Virus record (IMG/VR): IMGVR_UViG_3300047471_000949
Source of the DNA: a virus
Taxonomy: Duplodnaviria; Heunggongvirae; Uroviricota; Caudoviricetes
Reading direction: 5' to 3' (one strand)
DNA length: 64,000 bases
Each line of letters starts with the position of its first letter. The first letter of the stretch is position 1. The notes below the pieces were generated by a model. That model did not search any database. It was given only the letters and a program-made list of their open reading frames with translations, and was not told where the DNA came from. The translations under genes and the position numbers were made by a program. Shown here piece by piece: positions 34,110-44,135 of this stretch.

Positions 34110-36631
34110 CGCAGTTAGTAGCAAACGTCAGCCCGCTTTTACCGCATCAGTTCCCCGGGGTTTACCGCGAACAAGAGCCTCAGTTTGTTGAGTTTGTAAA
34201 AGCCTATTTCACTTGGTTAGAACAATCAAACAATATCAATTATTTTACACGTCGTATCTATGATATTAAAGATATAGACAATACCTTCGATTCGTTTATT
34301 GTATATTTCAAGGAGAAATACCTAAAGAATATTCATTTTGATACTAAAAGCGACATTAGAATGTTTATTAAACATGCGCTTAATCTGTATCGATCCAAAG
34401 GCACCGAGCGATCTACTCAACTGCTATTTCGAGCAGTTCTTAACGAACCAGCAAGTTTTTACTATCCTTCTACTGACCTGTTCAAGCTCTCGGATGGTAT
34501 ATGGTCGCCTCCTGTCTATCTTGAGCTAACAATGAATTGGACTAATAATCTACAGTTGGAACAGAAAGAGATTATTGGTCTGCAATCAGAAGCCGTAGCG
34601 TTTGTTGATGCTATTGTTCGACGAAAAACTAATGGACGATTTCAGGATGTAGCCTATATCTCAGCTATTACTGGCAATTTTCAGGTTGGAGAAAAAATTC
34701 AACCAACAGACGGTTCATTAGCAATAGACCTGTGTCCGACGGTAACTGGTAGCCTAACAGAAATTAAATTTCCTACCTTTGGTACTGGCCAAGACTATAA
34801 TCCTGGCGAAATTATTCCTATTTCTTCGTTATATGGCCAAGGTGGTCTAATGCGGGTCACTCAGGTAGCCAATTCAGCTGGTCTTGTATCCATTACATTT
34901 ATTGATGGAGGCTACGGATTTCAGACAAATGCTGATCTTTATATATCCAATGCTGTTATTCAATATGCTAATCTCCAGTCATTTTCAGCTAATCTAGAGC
35001 AAATATCTTATTTTAAATGGAAAGAAACTATTACCCAACCGCTAGCAACAATCAACTATAAAAGCGGAACTGGGAGCTTCCCGCCAGGAACTAATGTCTT
35101 CACCTGGGCTGGTGGAATTGTTGTAGGTTCTGCTGTTGTTCTAGCGGCCAACGCGATCAATTCATCGGCAGGCCAGATCATTATCAATATCTATAGTGGA
35201 AACATGAATAATACATTTTTCACAACCGCAAATGCTACTACTGCTGTCCTGAATTCGGTTGCTGGATATACCAATTCTACCGCAACCGGCACGTTTATCG
35301 CAAACACCAACTTTGTTACAATTAGAATCAATAACGAGGTGGGTCCTTTTTATGTCGGAGAAGGAGTTTCCCAACCAGTTCTCCCTGGCCTTGATATGAA
35401 TTTTGGGGGAGGTTCAGGCGTTGTTAGTGGAATTAATCCTAACTTTCTTCAAGTATCAAATGTTAAAGGAGTATTTTTTCAAGCAGAACCAGTAACTGGA
35501 ACTATTCTTGGACAGGTATTCGGCCAAACCTCGGGGGCCATTGCTAATATTACTGGGGTTGATATTGGAGTGGGCCTAATCAATATTAGTGCAAATCCTT
35601 TTGTTCCTTCGCCTTATTCGTATGCTTTTTCAGCCATGACAAACGGACAGATATCTTCGTTCACTAGTGCTGGTCAAGGATTTTCAGTATCCATTGCTAA
35701 TTCTCTGTTGTATCCAGAAACTATATCGATTAATACTGATAAACTGAATGACTATGCTGGTCTTCCGCTTATTAATCCCACTTATGGATTTCCTGCTAAT
35801 GCTGGGGCCAATGCAAATAATGGTACAATCGCCAGTACTATGTCGTTTACAAGCTTGACGGTTGGTAAGCTAAAAAATATCTTTCTGTCGGGGGTTGGTA
35901 ATAACTTTAGCACAACACCGTTTGTTGTTGTCGATCAATCCAACGTATCATCTGAAAAAATTAACGATGATATTCTTCAGCTTGTTGGAAGCACGGCCCA
36001 TTTTACTATTGGCGAACTAATAAACCAGGCCGCGACAGGCGCCAGAGGAATGATCAAGTCCTCAAGTAATAGCAGTATTTTATTCGTCCAACGAATGAAA
36101 TATGCTAGTGATTTTATACCAACAACAAATAGCACGACAATCATAGTTGGCGCCAACTCAGGTTCAACCGCCAATATTGTAGGGGTCGATGTTGATATTA
36201 TGTCGCCGTGGATGGGTAGAAATGTAAATATCTCCACGGCCTTTGCTACTGGGGCTAATACCTTAAAACAAGGACAGATTGTAGATTCGGGTTTTGGTTT
36301 TGTAAATGGTGATTCTATTAGTGTTGGGGCGGGAGATGGTATTGGAACTGGCGGTCTTGGAACAGCCGTTCTCAAGACCCAAGGAAAAGGCTCAGGTTTT
36401 TATTCACAAAAAGGTGGATTTTTATCAGATCAAAAGAAGCTGTTTGATGGGGTTTTCTGGCAAAACTTCTCTTATCAGATAATATCCTCTGTAATGCTTC
36501 CTAAATACCAACAGATGTTAAATCAGATAATTCATCCCTGCGGCACCATTATGTTTGGAAGATTTGTTCATAATTCAGTGGCAAATGGTTCGCTCAATGT
36601 CCAGAATGCGGTAAAGACCACAACGCCATGA
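34106..36631 (+). CDS. gp7: baseplate wedge initiator (gp7-like)
   Basis: QFPGVYREQEPQFVEFVKAYFTWLE...LYRSKGT; C-terminal FWQNFSYQI...IHPCG. Confidence 0.8.
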   Translation: MTQLVANVSPLLPHQFPGVYREQEPQFVEFVKAYFTWLEQSNNINYFTRRIYDIKDIDNTFDSFIVYFKEKYLKNIHFDTKSDIRMFIKHALNLYRSKGTERSTQLLFRAVLNEPASFYYPSTDLFKLSDGIWSPPVYLELTMNWTNNLQLEQKEIIGLQSEAVAFVDAIVRRKTNGRFQDVAYISAITGNFQVGEKIQPTDGSLAIDLCPTVTGSLTEIKFPTFGTGQDYNPGEIIPISSLYGQGGLMRVTQVANSAGLVSITFIDGGYGFQTNADLYISNAVIQYANLQSFSANLEQISYFKWKETITQPLATINYKSGTGSFPPGTNVFTWAGGIVVGSAVVLAANAINSSAGQIIINIYSGNMNNTFFTTANATTAVLNSVAGYTNSTATGTFIANTNFVTIRINNEVGPFYVGEGVSQPVLPGLDMNFGGGSGVVSGINPNFLQVSNVKGVFFQAEPVTGTILGQVFGQTSGAIANITGVDIGVGLINISANPFVPSPYSYAFSAMTNGQISSFTSAGQGFSVSIANSLLYPETISINTDKLNDYAGLPLINPTYGFPANAGANANNGTIASTMSFTSLTVGKLKNIFLSGVGNNFSTTPFVVVDQSNVSSEKINDDILQLVGSTAHFTIGELINQAATGARGMIKSSSNSSILFVQRMKYASDFIPTTNSTTIIVGANSGSTANIVGVDVDIMSPWMGRNVNISTAFATGANTLKQGQIVDSGFGFVNGDSISVGAGDGIGTGGLGTAVLKTQGKGSGFYSQKGGFLSDQKKLFDGVFWQNFSYQIISSVMLPKYQQMLNQIIHPCGTIMFGRFVHNSVANGSLNVQNAVKTTTP

Positions 36632-38637
36632 CCAATAATCTCTCAACCAATAACTATCGACTACAAAATGCCATTCGTTTACAGAATAATATAGCTAATT
36701 CGAATAGCTATTACTTTTTTGTTGGTAATTACCTAAACAACCCAAACAATTCACCCCAGCCAATATATCAGAACACTTCGAACACCCTCGTCGATCCTTA
36801 TACTAATATGATTATGGGAAAAAAGGTCAACGGCACAAATGTTCAGCTGGTAATCAATAATAATACATGGATAAACGGGACAGTTTATGCCATGTATGAT
36901 GATCTGGACACAGCTCTAAGCAATGAACAGTTTTATGTTATCACTTCAGAAGGTTCATTTTATCACATCTGGAAATGTCTGGATAATAACCAGGGGGTGG
37001 CTTCTGTTGTTCAACCGACATTTGCCTTTGCTGCGTCTTCTCCTTATTATCAGACCTCAGATGGCTATCGTTGGAAATATATGGCCACTGTAAGCAATTC
37101 GCTAGCCGCCCAGTTCCAGCTATCCAATTATTTTCCGGTGATAGCAAATACTACAGTTGCGGCTGCTGCTGTTCCTGGAGCCCTTGATATATTTTTAGTG
37201 AGAAATTTTGATGGAGGCACCTTTTATAATAACTATGTTTATGGGACATTGACCTCTGATAATATTTTTATCAATGGAGACCTCACACTTTTTAACATTT
37301 CTAATAATACAGTAGTAACGACCAATGGCTATTATACTGGTTGTCTTCTCTATCTGACTGGAGGTTCAGGCCAGGGTCAGTATTCAACCATTGTCAGCTA
37401 TCAATCGAATACTACTGGAAATATTATGAAAATTGCCTCTCCGTTCATTACCCCTCCCCAGAATGGAACAACCTTTCAGGTTCATCCACAATTGACTATA
37501 GTTGGTGATGGTAACCAAACGGTTAATTGTGTTGCCCGTTGTCTTGTTAATTCTTTAGCCACCAATTCAATCTATCGAATCGAAGCGCTTGAGCCTGGAA
37601 AAAACTATTTTAAGGTCCAATCAATATCAGTTTCAGCTAATGCTGTTGTGGGCGTCACCAATACCGCTTCCATTCGAGCTATTATGAGCCCTCAGGGCGG
37701 CCATGGTGCTAATGTCTATGCTGAATTGTTCTGTAATAGTATTGGGCTGGCTATCACCTTGGCGAATTCCGAGGCTAATACAATCCTAACGACAAACGAT
37801 TATAAACAGATTGGTTTGTTAAATAATCCTCTTTTTGCTAATGTTAACTTTAAGATCACTCCCACCCAAGGCGCTTTTACTGTTGGGGAAACCGTTTATT
37901 CATATACTCAACGCCAAATTGCGGCTGGCGTTACAATAACAAATGCCTCGTCGAATGTCATTTGCGCAACAGCCAACTTTATCACGCAGTTTACTGCAAA
38001 CCAGTCTATTTTGCTGTCACTTGCAAATGGCGCAATATCTCAGTTTGCTCAGGTTAATAATACTGTCAATACCAGTCAGATGTCAATTAAAGGAGGGGCC
38101 TTATTCACAACAAATACGGGAGTGATTTATGAGCTAAACTTGGTGGATTCGGCTATTGTTACGGTTGGCGGGACCTCTAATGTCTTTGTTTCTAATTGTA
38201 CCTCCAATTTCAATACTGGTGCGCTTTTGGTGGGAAGCCAGAGTAGTGCTACAGGAATTCTATCTGCTGTCTTCCGCAACGATATTGCCCAGTATTTTAA
38301 TACCTTTATTTCTCTATATAAATATAAAGCAACAGCGGTTAATGGAACTTTTACCCAAAATGAACAGCTTGTTCAGGGAAACAACCAGGCATCGTTGTTT
38401 AATGCAGTCGTAACGGGAGCAAATGCCGTTACATTCTATGTCAGTAACTTTATAGGAGGTCCTATCGTCAACGGAACAGTAAGTGGGGCAACTTCACATG
38501 CCAGCGGAAACGTCTCACAAGGGTATTTGTCAGATATTATTTTTGGTTCAGGGGATATTCTTTATCTTGAAAACACAAACGCCGTTATTAGAACAAATAC
38601 CCAATCAGAAACCTTCCAGTTGGTATTGTCGTTTTAA
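36628..38637 (+). CDS. gp8: baseplate wedge subunit gp8
   Basis: YFFVG...WINGTVYAMYDD...FYVIT...WKCLDNN...DGYRWKYM. Confidence 0.88.
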   Translation: MTNNLSTNNYRLQNAIRLQNNIANSNSYYFFVGNYLNNPNNSPQPIYQNTSNTLVDPYTNMIMGKKVNGTNVQLVINNNTWINGTVYAMYDDLDTALSNEQFYVITSEGSFYHIWKCLDNNQGVASVVQPTFAFAASSPYYQTSDGYRWKYMATVSNSLAAQFQLSNYFPVIANTTVAAAAVPGALDIFLVRNFDGGTFYNNYVYGTLTSDNIFINGDLTLFNISNNTVVTTNGYYTGCLLYLTGGSGQGQYSTIVSYQSNTTGNIMKIASPFITPPQNGTTFQVHPQLTIVGDGNQTVNCVARCLVNSLATNSIYRIEALEPGKNYFKVQSISVSANAVVGVTNTASIRAIMSPQGGHGANVYAELFCNSIGLAITLANSEANTILTTNDYKQIGLLNNPLFANVNFKITPTQGAFTVGETVYSYTQRQIAAGVTITNASSNVICATANFITQFTANQSILLSLANGAISQFAQVNNTVNTSQMSIKGGALFTTNTGVIYELNLVDSAIVTVGGTSNVFVSNCTSNFNTGALLVGSQSSATGILSAVFRNDIAQYFNTFISLYKYKATAVNGTFTQNEQLVQGNNQASLFNAVVTGANAVTFYVSNFIGGPIVNGTVSGATSHASGNVSQGYLSDIIFGSGDILYLENTNAVIRTNTQSETFQLVLSF

Positions 38638-38653
38638 GAGAAAAAAATAAAAA

Positions 38654-41600
38654 ATGCCCATCTCAACCTCATTAGCTGCCCCTCCATATGGCGATGATTA
38701 TAGCCGAGTTAAACAATATTATGAAGTATTGTTTAAGCCTGGTGTTTCGGTCCAAGCTCGCGAGCTAAATGTTGTTCAAGCGATGTTCCAGAACCAAATC
38801 GAACAGTTTGGTTTGAATATATTCTCGCCGGGTACAGTTGTCTCTGGCTGTAACTTCCAGTATTATAATCCTTATCCTTATATCAAGATCAATGATTTAG
38901 ACGCATTTAACGATCCAGTTATTACCTCAAATCTGGTTGGTTATAATGTTCGAAATGATACAACTGGTCTTTTTGCTACTGTATTCAATTTTGCTGATGG
39001 ATTTCAAACAACTGACCCTGACCTAAAAACGATTTATCTTCGTTATAATAGTGTTGGAACAACTGGAGCCAACACTTTAACTTTTACGGCCGGCGACACT
39101 CTGACAGTATACGATCCTGTCATGAATGGAATAGAACAGATCAATATCAATAATGGCGGCATCTCGTTTTCTAATAATAATCTGGTTGTTGTTGTTCCAG
39201 TTATTCTTTGTACCCTGAATAGCGGTAGCGCTCCAGGGGCCGGCTCCTATTTAAACAATGGCAATGGTATTGCTAATGCTCAAGTTATTTCAGCAACTTC
39301 ATTAGGCAGCAATCAATATGCAATTACCCTTGCTCCGCGTGCTGTGGACCTGGCCAATACACAGGCCAACTCGCAGTGGTGGACATTTAATGTAGGAGAT
39401 TCTCTGACAAATCCCGCGGCAAGCTTAACTATGACACTTAATAGTATTATAGGAACGGGGCTCCAAGCAAATGTTGTTACCAATGGTGTTGGAACAGTTA
39501 TTAATGTTCCTATTTTTCAAAAAGGTGTTGGATATACTTACGATCCGTATATCACTATTCAATCGCCAAGCAATGTTACTGGCTATACAACCTTAAATCT
39601 TGCTGCACAGAATTTTCTGACACAAATAGTGGTCGCATCAACTGCTAATGCTGTGGGCAACGGCTATGCCTTTGGTGTCTCCCAAGGAGTGATCTTCCAA
39701 AAAGGTATATTTTTGGATGTATTTCCACAACAGGTTCTAATAGCAAAATACAATCAACTTCCGGACAACGTTGCGGTTGGTTTTATTTCTACTGAATCGA
39801 TTGTCGATTATAATGATGATCAATCTTTATTGGATAATGCCCAGGGCTACTCAAACTTCCAGGCTCCTGGTGCTGATCGCCTTCAGTTAATTCCTCAGCT
39901 ACAAGTTCAAACATCTCTCCAATATGTTGGTAATAATCAGTTTCTACCGATTGTCCAATGGAAAGAAGGTCAACCATATATCCAAAACCAACAGACCATC
40001 TATTCCATTATTGGTAATGAGATGGCGCAACGAACCGAGGATGCTTCCGGAGATTTCGTTATTGATCCGTTCGTTGTCACCTCACGTTCTCCTTTATTCA
40101 CTAATCAAGAAGGTCAGTTTTTTAACCTGGTTATTGACCCAGGCACTGCATACATTAATGGATTCAAAGTTCAAACCGTTGCCGATTTTAATCTTAATGA
40201 CCTTAAGGGTGTTGATACAACGATTGTCAATAATCATAGCATTTCGCTTAATTACGGCAATTATCTGTTTATCAATCAAGTAGCGGGCATATTTCCATTT
40301 AATACTGGAGATACGGTTAAACTTTATGATACAGCAAAGACATTCTATAACAGTCTTGGCGCAACATTAGTTCCATCGGGTAATCAGATTGGAACTGCTA
40401 ATATGCGTTCTATGAAGTTATGGCAAGGTGTTCCAGGACACGGCGTAACACAGTATCAGCTATATCTGTTTAATGTGAAGATGAATGCTGGCTTTAATTT
40501 TGGTGACACCAAAGCTGTTGCTTATGGAACTAATCAAGGTATTGCTGATGTTATATTGCAGCCTACCGCAGCTAATACTAATATTGCAGCTCTACAAAGA
40601 ATTGATCAAGATCAGCTTGTATTCTATTCAGGCGTACCTGACCTAAAGAACGCAAATCAGGTAAGCTATACCTATCGAACGGCAAATGCGGCTCTTGCGG
40701 TTGCTAATGGTAATGCCAGCAATGCCACTCTGACAATTGACATTTCAGCCACCTCCGAAACGTTTCCTTATGGTCCTGGAATTCTTTCATCAGCTCAAAT
40801 GCAGGATTTCTATGTAGTGCCAACAGGGGGCGATCTGTTATATACTGCTGCGCTGGGGGGTACTGTTAATATTAGCTCTGGAGCCAACTCTACAGTCGGG
40901 ACCGGAACAGGTTTCTTTACTAACCTGGTAGCTGGCGATTATGTTTATATTAGTGGTAATACTGTGGAAGGACATTCTCTTAAACAAGTTACCTCAATTT
41001 CCAATAATACCTATTTGACATTTGATTCGAATCCAAGCTTTACCAATGCTTCTGCTGTCCTGATACGAGCATTTCCACAGTATATGCCAATTAATTTTGG
41101 TTTTCGCGCAGGCCTGACGGCAAACGTCAATACCAACCAAAATATTCTGACTCTTTCTTTTGGAGGAGCATTTACCTTCTCCGGTTCTTGCACAGCGTTT
41201 GGACAGTTCAATGTTCAGCGATCGAATAATCCTATCCAAACCAACAAAACGGCAAACCGAAATGTATATGTCTCATTATGCACTTCTAACAATGCCGGAC
41301 ACGGCGGGGGGCCTTGGTGCCTCGGTGTTCCTGATGTGTTCCGATTGCGCGCAGTCTATGTCGGAAATAGCTCGGTAACCAATACCTCAACCAATTACGT
41401 ATCTAACTTTTATGTTGATCCCAATCAGAATGCTGATTTTTATGGATTATCATTTCTTCATCTACAACAAGGTTCAAGCCTGGTCTTAAGTGCTAATAAT
41501 TATCTTCTGGTAAAGTTTGATTACTTTAGCTCGGCTGGGGGGGGTTATTATGATACAGTTAGCTATCTGCAAACTTCCTCGGCCAACCAAATCTTCCTAC

Positions 41601-43765
41601 AAGATTCGCTACCACTCGATCCGCCGCTAACTGGAAATACCTGGTCATTAACTTCAAATGGCTATGTCAATACATTTGAGGTTCCTGAAGTGTTTGCTGA
41701 TGATGGCACCGAAATAGATTTATTGTCTTGTATTGATTTTAGGCCTTATGCCACCGCCACGTCAACTCCCTCGAATATCTCTACTGGCTTACCGCAGTTA
41801 AATCCATCCAATACTATTACTTTAAGTACGAGTGGAGAAAAGAAATTCCCACTACCTGACAGCAACTTTGTATCAAACATTGAAGGATGGGTCGGTCGTG
41901 TGGATAGTCTTTTTCTCGATCAGAATGGAAAATTTGTCATCACTCTTGGGACCGCCAACACTAATATTGCTCTCGCAAGACCTCCCGAACAACCAATAGG
42001 GGTGATGAAAGTTGCCGATATTGTTGTTCCACACTATCCTAATCTACCAATAAACCTTGGGCCAAACATGACCCAAATTCTTCAGACCAACATTGTTAAT
42101 AACCAACGATTTAAGACAACACGTATTGCAAATCAAACAATTTCTAATCTTGCAGCCAACTCGGCTGTTCCATTTAATCAACCCTCAGTTTATACAATGG
42201 CTGAGATTGGCAATATGGATCGACGTCTAAAGCAGGTTGAATATTATGTTCAGTTGAATACGCTTGAATCGAATGCAACGGCCCTGCAAATACCAAGTAG
42301 CCTTAATCCAGCACAAACTCGTGTAGCGTATGGTGTGTTTACTGATGATTTTGTCACCTCTGGTTTTAGTGCGATAAACGATCCTGAATATGAAGCTATT
42401 AAATGGGTCGACGGAAATATTACTCCAACACGAATGGTGTGGGACTTACAGCTACTTGGTTCAGGTTCACTTGCTTATGTAGAAACTACCACGACCCAGA
42501 TAGTCAATACAACCACCACCTCAAGTCTTGGAGCAATCATTTCTCAGGATGTTGCAACGGTTGGCGGACCTACCGATGTGTTAGGCTTAGGTCCAATATG
42601 TGCAATCAATCTTGCTAATACTGTTGCCTATACTCAATTATTCCGAAATGCATCTGATATTCCGTTTGGCTCAAACACGGATGTTGTTACGGTAAATATG
42701 GCAAATTCTGCTTCTGTTCTAACTTCATTGACGTCAACCCCCCAAACAATCGATCAATGGCTAATCAATAATCGTTATACAACATGGGATTCATTGGCAC
42801 TTGCTAGCTTTGGAACAATATTAACCTCAAATGGCTCAAACCGCCTGGACATCTTTTCCAGATTTACCGATTTCGGATTAGTTTCAAATACTCAAACATC
42901 GGCCAATTCAACTATTCAACAAGTAGAATCAGACGTTTTTGCGCGTCAGCCAAACGACCCAATCACAGCTACGGCTACTCTAACAACCTATAATGCAAAT
43001 ACTCAAGTTTTTACTGCGAAGGTTCCTGGAACAGATCATTTTGGCACTATAACAGGAGTTTCTCCAGTAATAGGTAATCTTCTTGTTAAGTTATTTCTAG
43101 GACAAATAACCCTGCAACAATATGTCGAAGGACTACCAGTAACCACTCCAACAGCGCCGGCCGGGGGCACTACAGTTGGTGGCGTGTATTTTCCGCCGGT
43201 TGCTTTTTACTTCTATGATTACGATCAAGGGGTACGTTACGATATCTATCAAGGCACTACATTAATTGCCTCTTCCGATCCAACGGCCGGTGTACCTACT
43301 GCACAGAACTTAACAGCGGGAGAGATTACCTTGCTTGAAGGATCGGCCGCACAGAATTGGTTTAATGATAATCCTGCGCTTTATATGAAGAACTTTAATA
43401 ACCTAGCAGGAGGGCTTGTAAATTACGCAGGTAAGATACTTTTTAATTATAATCCTAACAATGGTTCGGTGTTTACGATTAAATCTCGTTCGTCGCCTTC
43501 TTCTTTCCAGTGGCGCTGGGTAATGGCTTATCCGATAAATGGAGCTTCAATAGGTTGTATTCCAGCAACAATTCCAATAACGCAAACTGCTACATTAACA
43601 CCTATTCAAGCAACCTACAATTGGACGGCCTGGTGTGGTAATGGTGTTACGGGTTCTGGCTCAACTTCCATGATAATTGGCTTTACTTCAATATGGAACA
43701 CATCGAACGTACTTCCAACAACTTCTATTATTCCATTCGATAGCACGGCCGATTGGCTACATTAA
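38654..43765 (+). CDS. VrlC/DUF4815-like large virion protein, N-terminal part
   Basis: PPYGDDY...YYEVLFKPGVSVQARELN..Q...QNQIEQFG; APGADRLQ; IDFRP. Confidence 0.85.
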   Translation: MPISTSLAAPPYGDDYSRVKQYYEVLFKPGVSVQARELNVVQAMFQNQIEQFGLNIFSPGTVVSGCNFQYYNPYPYIKINDLDAFNDPVITSNLVGYNVRNDTTGLFATVFNFADGFQTTDPDLKTIYLRYNSVGTTGANTLTFTAGDTLTVYDPVMNGIEQININNGGISFSNNNLVVVVPVILCTLNSGSAPGAGSYLNNGNGIANAQVISATSLGSNQYAITLAPRAVDLANTQANSQWWTFNVGDSLTNPAASLTMTLNSIIGTGLQANVVTNGVGTVINVPIFQKGVGYTYDPYITIQSPSNVTGYTTLNLAAQNFLTQIVVASTANAVGNGYAFGVSQGVIFQKGIFLDVFPQQVLIAKYNQLPDNVAVGFISTESIVDYNDDQSLLDNAQGYSNFQAPGADRLQLIPQLQVQTSLQYVGNNQFLPIVQWKEGQPYIQNQQTIYSIIGNEMAQRTEDASGDFVIDPFVVTSRSPLFTNQEGQFFNLVIDPGTAYINGFKVQTVADFNLNDLKGVDTTIVNNHSISLNYGNYLFINQVAGIFPFNTGDTVKLYDTAKTFYNSLGATLVPSGNQIGTANMRSMKLWQGVPGHGVTQYQLYLFNVKMNAGFNFGDTKAVAYGTNQGIADVILQPTAANTNIAALQRIDQDQLVFYSGVPDLKNANQVSYTYRTANAALAVANGNASNATLTIDISATSETFPYGPGILSSAQMQDFYVVPTGGDLLYTAALGGTVNISSGANSTVGTGTGFFTNLVAGDYVYISGNTVEGHSLKQVTSISNNTYLTFDSNPSFTNASAVLIRAFPQYMPINFGFRAGLTANVNTNQNILTLSFGGAFTFSGSCTAFGQFNVQRSNNPIQTNKTANRNVYVSLCTSNNAGHGGGPWCLGVPDVFRLRAVYVGNSSVTNTSTNYVSNFYVDPNQNADFYGLSFLHLQQGSSLVLSANNYLLVKFDYFSSAGGGYYDTVSYLQTSSANQIFLQDSLPLDPPLTGNTWSLTSNGYVNTFEVPEVFADDGTEIDLLSCIDFRPYATATSTPSNISTGLPQLNPSNTITLSTSGEKKFPLPDSNFVSNIEGWVGRVDSLFLDQNGKFVITLGTANTNIALARPPEQPIGVMKVADIVVPHYPNLPINLGPNMTQILQTNIVNNQRFKTTRIANQTISNLAANSAVPFNQPSVYTMAEIGNMDRRLKQVEYYVQLNTLESNATALQIPSSLNPAQTRVAYGVFTDDFVTSGFSAINDPEYEAIKWVDGNITPTRMVWDLQLLGSGSLAYVETTTTQIVNTTTTSSLGAIISQDVATVGGPTDVLGLGPICAINLANTVAYTQLFRNASDIPFGSNTDVVTVNMANSASVLTSLTSTPQTIDQWLINNRYTTWDSLALASFGTILTSNGSNRLDIFSRFTDFGLVSNTQTSANSTIQQVESDVFARQPNDPITATATLTTYNANTQVFTAKVPGTDHFGTITGVSPVIGNLLVKLFLGQITLQQYVEGLPVTTPTAPAGGTTVGGVYFPPVAFYFYDYDQGVRYDIYQGTTLIASSDPTAGVPTAQNLTAGEITLLEGSAAQNWFNDNPALYMKNFNNLAGGLVNYAGKILFNYNPNNGSVFTIKSRSSPSSFQWRWVMAYPINGASIGCIPATIPITQTATLTPIQATYNWTAWCGNGVTGSGSTSMIIGFTSIWNTSNVLPTTSIIPFDSTADWLH

Positions 43766-43778
43766 GGATAAATATTTC

Positions 43779-44135
43779 ATGCCCTTTCCCTCAGAATTGA
43801 CAACTCAAGTCTCGGCCATCCAAAAGACAAAATATTTTCCGATTGAGATATTTGTTGCAAATATGTTACCAAACACTGCATATGATGCTTATGTTGGAGG
43901 ACAACTGGTTAATGCGTTTATTAAACCATGGGGAGGAACTTTAGGAGGCCCTATAAAATCAGATCAAACCGGGAAGGTGAGACTTCAATATATGATGTCA
44001 GTTCCTTATAATAAGCAATTTCATGTTAATCCACTAGCTAATAATCTCATTGAGACCTCGGTCACTCTTACCTTGGTTGATCCATTTAATAGAAGTTCAT
44101 CAGCCAATATTCCAATTATGTTTAAGGCGTCATGA
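43779..44135 (+). CDS. VrlC-like protein, middle part (118 aa)
   Basis: MLPNTAYDAYV...IKSDQTGKV; GATAAATA at 43767-43774 supports ATG 43779. Confidence 0.65.
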   Translation: MPFPSELTTQVSAIQKTKYFPIEIFVANMLPNTAYDAYVGGQLVNAFIKPWGGTLGGPIKSDQTGKVRLQYMMSVPYNKQFHVNPLANNLIETSVTLTLVDPFNRSSSANIPIMFKAS